DNA of 64,000 nt from the NCBI GenBank assembly GCA_023382455.1, contig JAHDVX010000005.1:133861-197860 (forward strand). Reading direction: 5' to 3'. Source of the stretch: Flavobacteriales bacterium (GTDB lineage Bacteria > Bacteroidota > Bacteroidia > Flavobacteriales_F > PHOS-HE28). A program made the position numbers and the translations under genes. The notes below the pieces were generated by a model that saw only the letters and a list, made by a program, of their open reading frames with translations, had not been told where the DNA came from and did no database searches. Of the stretch, positions 29,767 through 38,547 are shown one piece after another; positions within the stretch are counted from its first letter, which is position 1; each line of letters opens with the position of its first letter.

Positions 29767-30432
29767 TCAGAACTGCACGTCGATCATGCTTTCGCTGGCA
29801 CCCAGTTCCACCAGGGCGTTCTTTACGGCCTTCACGAAGCCTTCCGGACCGCAGGTGTAGAACGGCTGGTTGAAGTTGGTGATGTGCTTCTTCAGGAAGT
29901 CCGCGCTAATGATCCCGTTCAAGTAGCCCGCTGCGTTCTCATTGCTGAGCACGGCCTGGAAGTTGTCGCCCAGCAAGCTCTTGAACTCATCTTCCATGAA
30001 CACGTCGGCCTTGGTCTTGTTGAAGTGGAACAGCGAGTTGCCGGCCAAAGTGCCGTCCACCTTCTTCTGGCGCAGGATGGCGATGAACGGGGTGACGCCC
30101 GTGCCACCCGCGATGAACACGCCCGGGCCTTTCAGCGCCACGGTGTCGAACGGCTCGCTGATGATCACCTCGTCGCCCTCCTTGAGCGTGGCCACCTGCT
30201 CGGTCATACCGTGGTGCGCGGGATAGCACTTGATCGTCAGTTGAAGGAAAGGGTCCGAGTTCAGGCCGGTAAAGGTGAATGCGGACACCTTGTCCTTTAC
30301 CTCGGGGCGGTTCAGCTTGAAGTCGATGGCTTGGCCGGCGCTGAAGAAGTAGTCTTTGGGGCGGTCCAGGGTGAGCCGGACCACATCGTGCGTGAGTTGT
30401 TCCTTTTTTCGGATCTTGACGGGAATGTCCAT
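29767..30432 (-). CDS. FNR-type FAD/NAD(P)-binding oxidoreductase
   Basis: F..GQ, FIAGGTGVTPF, Y.CGP. Confidence 0.88.
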   Translation of the reverse strand: MDIPVKIRKKEQLTHDVVRLTLDRPKDYFFSAGQAIDFKLNRPEVKDKVSAFTFTGLNSDPFLQLTIKCYPAHHGMTEQVATLKEGDEVIISEPFDTVALKGPGVFIAGGTGVTPFIAILRQKKVDGTLAGNSLFHFNKTKADVFMEDEFKSLLGDNFQAVLSNENAAGYLNGIISADFLKKHITNFNQPFYTCGPEGFVKAVKNALVELGASESMIDVQF

Positions 30433-30531
30433 GATGGGCTTATTGGTTGTTGGATGGGTTCAATGAGGCCTTCGCAGGGAACACTTGAGCGGCCTTGGCG
30501 GTTCAGCGGCCGGACGTGATCGCCTGCTTCC

Positions 30532-30602
30532 CCCATGGGATGCACGAAGATCGGAATGGTTACGGATCTTGTAACCTTGGGTCCACGGGTGTATCCAATG
30601 GG
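30532..30602. promoter_or_regulatory. Back-to-back pair of putative ECF sigma promoters
   Basis: Plus strand GTAACC-N12-GTGTATCC-AATGGG (30571-30602); minus strand GTAACC-N12-GTGCATCC-CATGGG (30563-30532). Confidence 0.6.
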
Positions 30603-30643
30603 TGACACCGGAGCGGAAGCAAACCCCAAGCCGAACAGCAGAC

Positions 30644-31309
30644 ATGGAAGCATTGCGAATGAACATACCGGGGCCGACAGGCCTGCCGGACCAGGAGGTG
30701 GTGGAACGGGTGAGGAGCGGGGAGAAGGGCTTGTATGAGATCTTGATGCGGCGCTACAACCAGACGCTGTACCGGGCGGTGCGCAGCTATCTGCGGGATG
30801 GGGACGACGTGCAGGACGCGATGCAGGAGGCCTATGTGAAGGCCTACACGAAGCTGGACCAGTTCAAGGGGGATTCGGCCTTCTCCACGTGGCTGGTGCG
30901 CATAGGCATCAACGAAGCCTTGCAGGTGTTGCGCAAGCAGCGCACGATGCACATTTACACGGATCCCGGCCAGCGGGCCGAAGGATTGACACAACTACCG
31001 GACACCGGACAGATGAACCCTGAACAACGAACCATTCGGGACGAGCACAGGCGGCTCCTGGAGCAGGCGGTGGACCGGTTGCCCGACGGCTACCGCGCGG
31101 TGTACATGCTGCGCGAGGTGGAGGAAATGAGCGTGGCCGAGGTGTCCCAGGTGTTGGGCATCACCGAGTCCAACGTGAAGGTGCGCCTGCACCGCGCCAA
31201 GATCATGGTGAAGGATGCCCTGCTCAGCGCACACCAGGCGGGGGCGGCCTTCGAATTCGGCAATGCCCATTGCGATGCCTTGGTGGCGGCCGTGATGGCG
31301 CGGATCTGA
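30644..31309 (+). CDS. ECF sigma-70 factor with a C-terminal Cys-containing extension
   Basis: D..QEAY, FSTWL.RI..N, region 4 NVKVRLHRA, tail FEFGNAHCD. Confidence 0.9.
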   Translation: MEALRMNIPGPTGLPDQEVVERVRSGEKGLYEILMRRYNQTLYRAVRSYLRDGDDVQDAMQEAYVKAYTKLDQFKGDSAFSTWLVRIGINEALQVLRKQRTMHIYTDPGQRAEGLTQLPDTGQMNPEQRTIRDEHRRLLEQAVDRLPDGYRAVYMLREVEEMSVAEVSQVLGITESNVKVRLHRAKIMVKDALLSAHQAGAAFEFGNAHCDALVAAVMARI

Positions 31310-31319
31310 GGGCGGTTGC

Positions 31320-32084
31320 TCACCCCTTGCGGGCGGCTTGCCAGATGCGCCAGGCCTCATCGGCCTGCACACGCAGCATGCCGGCCCCGCCGATGGCCTT
31401 GGCGCCGCGCTCCAGGCCGTGTTTCAGGAAGAGCGTCTCCTCCGGATTGTACACCAGGTCGATCAGGGTGTGCTGCGGGGTGAGCGCCGAGTAGGGCAGG
31501 GGTGGTGCGTCATGCACGTCGGGGTACATGCCGAGCGGCGTGGTGTTCACCACCAGCCGGCAAACGCGCAGGATGACGGGGTCGATCAGGTCCCAGGTGA
31601 GGTCGCCCCGGTTGCGGCTGCGGCTGACAATGCGGAAGCGGATGCCGGCCTCGCGCAGCACGTACGCCACGGCCCGGCTGGCCCCGCCGCTGCCGAGCAC
31701 CAGGGCCCTCGGCCGAATGGCGCTGCCCGGCTTGTCCAGGGCCCGTGCCGCCCGCGCCAGCAGCGACCGGAAACCCGCCACGTCGGTGTTGTGCCCTTGG
31801 GTGCGGCCGTCCTTCACCACTATGGTGTTCACCGCGCCCACTGCGGCCGCCAACGGGTCCAGTTCATCCAGGAAGGGGATCACCGCCTCCTTGTACGGCA
31901 CCGTCACGTTCAGGCCATGCAGGCCCGGCGTACGGCGCAGCAGGTCCGGGAGCGCCTCGATCTCCGGCAGCTCGTACAGGTCATAGCGGTGGTCCTTCAG
32001 CCCCGCCTTGCGGAAGACGGCCGTAAAGTGCTTCTTGCTGAAGCTGTGGCCCAGCTTGCGCCCGATCAGGCCGTAGCGATGCAT
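31320..32084 (-). CDS. aroE: Shikimate dehydrogenase
   Basis: HSFS, NVTVPYK, GAVNT, NTD, GSGGA, DLVYNP. Confidence 0.95.
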   Translation of the reverse strand: MHRYGLIGRKLGHSFSKKHFTAVFRKAGLKDHRYDLYELPEIEALPDLLRRTPGLHGLNVTVPYKEAVIPFLDELDPLAAAVGAVNTIVVKDGRTQGHNTDVAGFRSLLARAARALDKPGSAIRPRALVLGSGGASRAVAYVLREAGIRFRIVSRSRNRGDLTWDLIDPVILRVCRLVVNTTPLGMYPDVHDAPPLPYSALTPQHTLIDLVYNPEETLFLKHGLERGAKAIGGAGMLRVQADEAWRIWQAARKG

Positions 32085-32147
32085 GTACGAAAGTTAGCCC
32101 GGGATGTGATCGGGATCGGGTTGAACGTGGAGGAACGATGGCGAAAA

Positions 32148-32206
32148 GGTGATCGGTGAATGGTGGTCGGGGATCATCATTCACCGATCACCACTTACCG
32201 ATCAGC
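32148..32206. repeat. Heptamer-built palindrome (GGTGATC family)
   Basis: Perfect 15-bp inverted repeat, 32148-32162 with 32178-32192, made of 7-bp units. Confidence 0.8.
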
Positions 32207-32211
32207 AATTT

Positions 32212-32874
32212 TCACTGCGCAGCAGCCTTCCCCCCGAACCGCATCCGCGCGAACTCGATCAGCATGGGCAGCACCGAGATGAACACGATGGCCAGGATCA
32301 CCATCTCGTAGTTCTTCTGCACGAAGGGATGCTGGCCGAACAGGTAACCGGCCAGGGTGAGCAGGGTGATCCACAGGATGCCCCCCGCGATGTCGAAAGG
32401 AAGGAACTTGCGGCGGTAGTCCATGCGGCCCACCCCCGCCACGAACGGGGTGATGGTGCGCACAATGGGCACGAACCGTGCGATGATGATGGTGCGCACG
32501 CCGTATTTGGCGAAGTAGCCCTGGGTCTTCGCCAGGTCCTTTTCCCGCACCAGCCGCTTGCCGAACAGGGTCCATTGGGTGACGCGTTCGCCGAAATAGC
32601 GGCCCACCCAGTAGTTGATGTTGTCGCCCAGGATGGCGGCCGGGATCAACAGCGCCAGCAGCAAGGAAAGCTCCAGGGAGCCCAGCGCGGCCAGCGAACC
32701 GGCCACGAACAGCAGGGAATCACCGGGCAGGAAGGGCATCACCACCAGGCCGGTCTCCACGAAAATGATGGCGAAGAGCAGGAGGTAGATCAGGTTGCCG
32801 TGGTCCTGGATGAACGCGGGCAGTGTCTCGTTCAAGTGGGTGATGAAGTGCCAGAAGGAGAGAATGAGATCCAT
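32212..32874 (-). CDS. DedA family membrane protein
   Basis: ETGL..PFLPGDSLLF, ARFVPIVRT. Confidence 0.92.
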   Translation of the reverse strand: MDLILSFWHFITHLNETLPAFIQDHGNLIYLLLFAIIFVETGLVVMPFLPGDSLLFVAGSLAALGSLELSLLLALLIPAAILGDNINYWVGRYFGERVTQWTLFGKRLVREKDLAKTQGYFAKYGVRTIIIARFVPIVRTITPFVAGVGRMDYRRKFLPFDIAGGILWITLLTLAGYLFGQHPFVQKNYEMVILAIVFISVLPMLIEFARMRFGGKAAAQ

Positions 32875-32993
32875 GCAGGGGGGAATTCAAGGGGCGGTGA
32901 TCGGACGAAGTTGCGGGAATGAAAAGGTGAACGCGATGATGGGTAACCCTTCCGGGTGTTGTACGAGCCTGGGTGGTGGGGAAAGCCTTCAGG

Positions 32994-33311
32994 TCAATCG
33001 CAGTGCAGGCTTTGGTCCACTTCGGCCTGCCAGGCCAGGATGCCGCCTTGCAGGTGCATCAGGTTGGTGAAGCCGTAGCGCGTGGAGAGGGTGTCCACCA
33101 CGGCACAGCTGCGCGAACCGCTGCGGCAATGCACCACCACCGGCCGGTCCTTGGGGATGTCGGCCAAGTGGTCCATCAACTGGCTCATCGGCATCGGCTT
33201 GCCGCCCATGGAGCACATTTCCGTTTCATAGGGCTCGCGCACGTCGATCAGCTCGAACGCCACGTCCTGCTCCCGGAACTTGCGCAGCTCCTGTACCGTG
33301 ATCAGCTTCAT
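32994..33311 (-). CDS. Single-domain rhodanese
   Basis: IDVRE..E, HCRSGSRS active loop, GGI.AW. Confidence 0.9.
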   Translation of the reverse strand: MKLITVQELRKFREQDVAFELIDVREPYETEMCSMGGKPMPMSQLMDHLADIPKDRPVVVHCRSGSRSCAVVDTLSTRYGFTNLMHLQGGILAWQAEVDQSLHCD

Positions 33312-34162
33312 TTTGCCTTTGCCTTCTCGGTGGCGTGTTCAGCCTCCTTGCCCGATCCCATGGGCTTTTCCTGCTTCACCTGGCGAAGGCCTTCGGCCAT
33401 GGCTTGGGGCAGGTACTCGAAGAAGGTGTCGCCCCGCAGGCCCAGACGCAACGCCTCCAGCGCGATCACTTCGTCCGGGGCCACGTTGCCCAGGTTCACG
33501 TTGGGGCCCACCTGCTTGATGAACCAGGTCTGCTGGCTCTTGATCGGGGCTTCCCAGATGATGTCCTTGCCCGGTACCTTGGCCATGATGCGGTTCACCA
33601 GGGTGGTATGGGCGTGGCCGCTGGGCCGGTAGATGCCCACGGTGCCGCTTTCACGGGCCTCGGCGATCACCTTCCAGCTGCCGGCGTCCAGTTCGGCGTT
33701 CATCATGCGCACCCACCGGGCGGGGCTGATCAGGATCCCCGTTTCCTTGCTGCCCACCTCGCTCAGCACCGTGCGGTCGCGGGCCAAGGTGTTGATGAAG
33801 CCGAGCTTCTGGTCGTGTTTCAGGTCGATGGACCCGTCGGAAACTTCCACGGTATCGAGCTTCAGGGTGTCCAGCAGTTTGCGGTAGTCGTCGAACTGGC
33901 CGCGTGCAACGAAGGCCTCGAACAGGGTGCCGCCGAGGTAGACCTTGATGCCGGCGCTCTGGTAAAGCGCGATCTTTTCCTTCAGTTTGGGGGTGGTGTA
34001 GCTGGTGCCGAAGCCCAGCTTCACCAGGTCGGCCAAGTGGCCGGCCCCATCGATCAGGTCCTCGGCCTGGCGCAGGCTCAAGCCCTTGTCCATCACCATG
34101 GTGAGCCCTTCCTCCCGGGGCTTTTTCGTTCGTGCGGGGATATGGTCAAGCCGGAAGTTCAT
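33308..34162 (-). CDS. comA: Phosphosulfolactate synthase (ComA family)
   Basis: KPR..GLTMVMDKG, KLGFGT, GGTLFE, SEVG.K, EARESG, WEAP, LRGDT. Confidence 0.9.
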   Translation of the reverse strand: MNFRLDHIPARTKKPREEGLTMVMDKGLSLRQAEDLIDGAGHLADLVKLGFGTSYTTPKLKEKIALYQSAGIKVYLGGTLFEAFVARGQFDDYRKLLDTLKLDTVEVSDGSIDLKHDQKLGFINTLARDRTVLSEVGSKETGILISPARWVRMMNAELDAGSWKVIAEARESGTVGIYRPSGHAHTTLVNRIMAKVPGKDIIWEAPIKSQQTWFIKQVGPNVNLGNVAPDEVIALEALRLGLRGDTFFEYLPQAMAEGLRQVKQEKPMGSGKEAEHATEKAKAK

Positions 34163-35571
34163 CGGCGGTAAAGCTCAATTAGGTGGGCCACCAGGGGCAG
34201 TTTGGCCGCATCAGGCCAGTACTCCAGCAGTTGGCTATGTGCCGCGTGGTCGGTGGTGAGCGCCTCCTCCAGCTCCAGCAGGGCCTGCTGCTCACGCCCG
34301 GAGCGGAAGAGATAGCAGACCAGCCTATAGCGGTAGCGCACATCCAGCTTATGGACTTGGGCCGCTTCCTGGAATTTTGCCAACGCCGCGTCCGGACCTT
34401 TCAATTCAAGCAGCAGGTCGGCGTGGTCCATCCAGCCGTCCAGGTTGCCGGGTTCCAGTTGGTTCAGTTTGTCGTAGGCTGCCAGGGCCTCCTCGTACCG
34501 GCTCGCCCGGGCCAGGACGGCCGCGTAGTAATACAGCGCATCGGGATTCTCCGGGTGCAGCCGCACGGCATGCAGCAGCGCGGTCAATGCCTCGCCGGTC
34601 TTTCCCTGCATGTCCTTCACCACGCCCCGGCCGATCCAGGCATCCACCCATTCGGGGTCCAGCGCGATGGCCTGGTCGTAGCTGATCAGCGCCTGCTCCA
34701 GGTGCTCCATCTTCTCGTAGCATTCGCCGATGAAGCTGTAGGTGATGGCCTGCGGGCCATCGAAGGTGAGCGTTTCCTCGTAGCAGGCGATCGCCTCCCG
34801 GTAGCGTGCCGCGATCAGCAGGTTGCGTGCCTTGCTGAACCAGGCCGAGCTGAACCGCTCGTCGATGGCGATGGCCAGGTCCAGCGCCTCGTTGCTTTCA
34901 TCATAGCGCTCCAGCTTGGCCAGCACGTTGCCCAGACTGTACCAGGCCACGCTGGAATAGGGCTGGTCGTCGGTGAACTGCCGGAAGAAGCTGATGCTGG
35001 CCTCGTCGGCACCGGCCAGGTCGTAGCAGAAGGCCAGCTCATAGAGCACCGCCTCGTTCTCCGGGTTCAGCTCCAGCGCATTCTTCAGGCACTCGATGGC
35101 CGATTCGTAGTCCTCCAGGTTCTCATACTCGAAGGCCAGGTCGAGGTAGATCTCGTCCAAGCCTTCCTCGGCCAGTTCCAGGGCCCGCTTGTAGTGCTCC
35201 ACCGAGCGGCGGTGGTTGCGCTGCTGGCTGAAGATGCCCGCCTTGTTCAACTGCACCTCCTCGTTGTACGGCTCCACCTTTTCGATGGCGTCCAGCAGTT
35301 CCAAGGCCTTGCCCAAGCGGCCCAGGGCCATCATCACCACCGCCTCGCAGAAGGTGATGTCCGTGGAGGCCGGATGCAGCTTCTTGGCGAACACCAGCAC
35401 CCGCTCCGCACGCTTCGGTTCGTTCTTCTCCAAGTAATGGTCCACGATCATCTCGATCTCCTCCACATCGAAGAAGGCCTGGTCGTGGGCGGCCTCCATG
35501 GCTTCGTAGCGCCTTACGCACTGCTCCTGGTCGGCATTGTGCTCGGGCACGTTTCGCGGGGCTTCGCTCAT
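34159..35571 (-). CDS. Tetratricopeptide repeat protein
   Basis: Many 34-aa TPR units; N-terminal FFDVEE. Confidence 0.9.
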   Translation of the reverse strand: MSEAPRNVPEHNADQEQCVRRYEAMEAAHDQAFFDVEEIEMIVDHYLEKNEPKRAERVLVFAKKLHPASTDITFCEAVVMMALGRLGKALELLDAIEKVEPYNEEVQLNKAGIFSQQRNHRRSVEHYKRALELAEEGLDEIYLDLAFEYENLEDYESAIECLKNALELNPENEAVLYELAFCYDLAGADEASISFFRQFTDDQPYSSVAWYSLGNVLAKLERYDESNEALDLAIAIDERFSSAWFSKARNLLIAARYREAIACYEETLTFDGPQAITYSFIGECYEKMEHLEQALISYDQAIALDPEWVDAWIGRGVVKDMQGKTGEALTALLHAVRLHPENPDALYYYAAVLARASRYEEALAAYDKLNQLEPGNLDGWMDHADLLLELKGPDAALAKFQEAAQVHKLDVRYRYRLVCYLFRSGREQQALLELEEALTTDHAAHSQLLEYWPDAAKLPLVAHLIELYRR

Positions 35572-35594
35572 ATGGTCAACCGGTAAGGTTGCCC

Positions 35595-35602
35595 CAAAGG
35601 TA
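35595..35602 (-). promoter_or_regulatory. Bacteroidota -7 promoter element
   Basis: TACCTTTG upstream of the TPR-comA operon. Confidence 0.5.
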
Positions 35603-35692
35603 GAAAAGCACGCGCCGACACGCCCCGGGTCCGCCCCGGTTGTGAACAATGGGCGGTGCACCCTTTTTGCTCCAACTGCTTGATGCTCTCGG

Positions 35693-35700
35693 TACTTTTG
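35693..35700 (+). promoter_or_regulatory. Bacteroidota -7 promoter element
   Basis: TACTTTTG upstream of glmM. Confidence 0.5.
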
Positions 35701-35757
35701 CAGCCCTTCATCCCGGGTCCGGCACGGGGTGGCAATCTCCCCGAAGCGACAAATACC

Positions 35758-37149
35758 ATGACCTTGATCCGTTCCATTTCCGGCATCCGCGGCACCATCG
35801 GCGGAAAGCCCGGCGAAGGCCTTTCACCGATCGATGTGGTGCGCTACACCGCCGCCTTCGGCCAGATCATGAAGCAGCAGGCGGCAAAGGACCGCCCCAA
35901 GGTGGTGGTGGGCCGCGATGCCCGCCCCAGCGGCCCCATGGTGGCCGACCTGGTGCGCGGCACGTTGGTCGGCCTCGGCTTTGAAGTGATCGACCTCGGG
36001 CTGGCCACCACCCCCACCACCGAGATGGCCGTGGCCGGGGAGAAAGCCGATGCCGGCATCATCCTCACCGCCAGCCACAACCCCAAGCAGTGGAATGCCC
36101 TGAAGCTGCTCAACGCCAAGGGGGAGTTCATCAGCGCGGAGCTGGGGGCCGAAGTGCTCCGCTTGGCGGAGCGCGAGGAGTTTGCCTTCGCACCGGTGGA
36201 TGACCTGGGCACTGTGCGCGTGGATGAAAGCTGGACCGACAAGCACATCGCGGCCATCCTTGCACTGGACCTGGTGGATGTGCAGGCCATCCGGGCCAGT
36301 AGATTCAAGGTGGCCGTGGATGCCGTGAACTCCGTGGGCGGCATCGCCGTGCCCAAGCTGCTGAAGGCCCTGGGCGTGGCCGAGGTGGTGGAGGTGAACT
36401 GCACGCCCGATGGCCAATTCGCACATAACCCGGAGCCGCTGCCGGCCCACCTCGCCGACCTCAGTGCGGCCGTAGCGAAGGAGAAGGCCGATCTCGGCAT
36501 CTCCGTGGATCCCGACGTGGACCGCTTGGCGCTGGTCTGCGAGGACGGCTCCTTCTTCGGCGAGGAATACACCTTGGTGGCCTGCGCCGATCACGTGTTG
36601 GCCCACCGGCCCGGCGACACCGTGAGCAACCTGAGCAGCAGCCGCGCCCTGGACGATGTGGCCGCACGCCATGGCCGCAAGCGCCACGCCAGCGCCGTGG
36701 GCGAGGTGAACGTGGTGGAGCTGATGCGCCAAGTGAACGCGCCGATCGGCGGCGAAGGTAACGGCGGGGTGATCCTCAGCGAGCTGCACTACGGCCGCGA
36801 TGCGCTCGTGGGCATCGCGCTCTTTCTCACCCTGCTCGCCAAGAAGGGCATGAAGACCAGCGCACTGCGGAAGAGCTATCCGGACTATTTCATCAGCAAA
36901 AACAAGATCGAACTGAGCCCAGGAATGGATGTGCAAGCATTGGTGGATGCCATGCAGCAACGCCACAAAAACCAGCCCCACAGCACCGTGGACGGCCTCC
37001 GCATCGAGTTCGGCAAGGAATGGGTGCACCTGCGCAAGAGCAACACCGAGCCTATCATCCGCATCTATGCCGAAAGCGCTTCCAAGGAAAGCGCCGATGC
37101 ACTGGCGGAGCGAATCATGGCGGAGATGAAGGAGTTGGTGGTGGCGTAA
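35758..37149 (+). CDS. glmM: Phosphoglucosamine mutase
   Basis: SISGIRG, TASHNP, DPDVDR, GGEGNGG, RKSNTEP. Confidence 0.9.
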   Translation: MTLIRSISGIRGTIGGKPGEGLSPIDVVRYTAAFGQIMKQQAAKDRPKVVVGRDARPSGPMVADLVRGTLVGLGFEVIDLGLATTPTTEMAVAGEKADAGIILTASHNPKQWNALKLLNAKGEFISAELGAEVLRLAEREEFAFAPVDDLGTVRVDESWTDKHIAAILALDLVDVQAIRASRFKVAVDAVNSVGGIAVPKLLKALGVAEVVEVNCTPDGQFAHNPEPLPAHLADLSAAVAKEKADLGISVDPDVDRLALVCEDGSFFGEEYTLVACADHVLAHRPGDTVSNLSSSRALDDVAARHGRKRHASAVGEVNVVELMRQVNAPIGGEGNGGVILSELHYGRDALVGIALFLTLLAKKGMKTSALRKSYPDYFISKNKIELSPGMDVQALVDAMQQRHKNQPHSTVDGLRIEFGKEWVHLRKSNTEPIIRIYAESASKESADALAERIMAEMKELVVA

Positions 37150-37227
37150 ATCGAATCGTCCATTAAATTGATTGGTACGAAGGTGACCTCATACGAGGTA
37201 TATTATACAATGAAGAGGCTTTGTTAC

Positions 37228-37965
37228 TTAAATGACATTCTTTTCATTCCGAATATACGAGCTAAGCCATGGAATGTAGCCCTGACTAACTAATTTCAAT
37301 CGGTTATTTGACTTGCTCCGTACATTATCAAGCACCCAAGCAGTAAACCTTTTTGTCTCTTCAAGTGTAGTATCGTCCTTATCGCAAAACATCCAAGTGT
37401 TATTTTTTTTCCATATTATCCAGCTGTATTTCTGTACATGACATATAGCTTGTATGTGATTTATATTTTTTGATAGCCATGACTTGTCATGACCATTTTT
37501 CAATTCGGATATGCGATTTCCAGTAAAGCCGATTATGCCCTTTAAGACACTTATATCGCTTTTTAATCTTTTACTCTTATTCATGACTGAATCGAAATGT
37601 TTGAATTTTTCTTCTGTATCTTCTATTGATTTCTTGGTTAATGATGACTTCACCTCAATAACTGCCAGTACACTTTCATATGGAAAAACACCTAATCCAC
37701 TATTCTTAATTATCGGCGGTAAAATGCGATTATCCGTAATTATTATGTCCATCTGGTGACTTTGATTTCCATAAGCGTCCACGACTATTCCTGTTCCTAT
37801 GTCAAATTGGCTTGTTAAGTAGTTTGATAATAATTCACTTGTAAACAATTCTCTAAGTTCGCCCTTTGTTAGTTTGTGATTGAGCTTGGTTAATGATAAT
37901 ACGCGCTCATAAAAGCCCTTGAATTGGGCACTTGCATAGTCTTTAATCAACGTGCTATTGGTCAT
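37228..37965 (-). CDS. DUF6602/NucC-like PD-(D/E)XK endonuclease, AT-rich
   Basis: G..RE...L..YL....G.G.VVD..G.QS.Q.DIII.D...P.ESV..VIEVK; far more AT-rich than its flanks. Confidence 0.7.
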   Translation of the reverse strand: MTNSTLIKDYASAQFKGFYERVLSLTKLNHKLTKGELRELFTSELLSNYLTSQFDIGTGIVVDAYGNQSHQMDIIITDNRILPPIIKNSGLGVFPYESVLAVIEVKSSLTKKSIEDTEEKFKHFDSVMNKSKRLKSDISVLKGIIGFTGNRISELKNGHDKSWLSKNINHIQAICHVQKYSWIIWKKNNTWMFCDKDDTTLEETKRFTAWVLDNVRSKSNNRLKLVSQGYIPWLSSYIRNEKNVI

Positions 37966-37977
37966 TCTGAGCAACAG

Positions 37978-38163
37978 TTAAGATTTTGCTGATTCGTAGT
38001 TCATCCCGGAAGGCGGTGTGTTAGCGGCTTCCTGGCAGCCATGGATCAAAAGCCTGTAATAGGTCTCAGCCTGTTGCTCGGACCATCGCTTGATCGTGTA
38101 GGCCCAAATTAAGTTCAGTTCAGCAATGGCCTTGCGGCTCAGGACGAACCTGCGGTTAGCCAT
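37978..38163 (-). pseudogene. parE: Truncated ParE/RelE toxin
   Basis: LS.KA..L..IW.YT...WS..QA..Y N-terminus, but only 61 aa; the C-terminal third is missing. Confidence 0.75.
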
Positions 38164-38401
38164 GTTTGCGGGCCTTCAGTTCCTGGAGATGCCTTTCCGG
38201 GTCGAAGTCGGGGTCGAAACCACTTTCAATGCCTTCGTCTATGGCATGCTGAAGCGCCAAGATTCGCTTCTCATCGGGTTCCAATAGGCGAATACCTGCA
38301 CGGATCACCTCGCTCACATTCCGGTACCTGCCACTGGTGATCTGTCGCTGTATGAATTGCTCGAAATGTTCACCCAACGAAACGGAAGTGTTGCTCGCCA
38401 T
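38156..38401 (-). CDS. parD: ParD-family ribbon-helix-helix antitoxin
   Basis: NTSVSLG.HF..FI....SGRY...SEVIRAG.RLLE...IDEG..SG; overlaps the parE start. Confidence 0.9.
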   Translation of the reverse strand: MASNTSVSLGEHFEQFIQRQITSGRYRNVSEVIRAGIRLLEPDEKRILALQHAIDEGIESGFDPDFDPERHLQELKARKHG

Positions 38402-38417
38402 GGAAGTTGACTTTGAA

Positions 38418-38425
38418 CAAAAGTA
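38418..38425 (-). promoter_or_regulatory. Bacteroidota -7 promoter element
   Basis: TACTTTTG, 16 nt upstream of parD. Confidence 0.5.
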
Positions 38426-38547
38426 CCAATAACGGGTAAGTGGGAAATCCTTCTGCATATCGCTTCCCGCTCCCCATGCCCGCCAGCGCTTTAACCGTTG
38501 CTGAGGAATGGGGCAGCCTCCCCGCAACTCCGTAATTTCGCCGCCCC

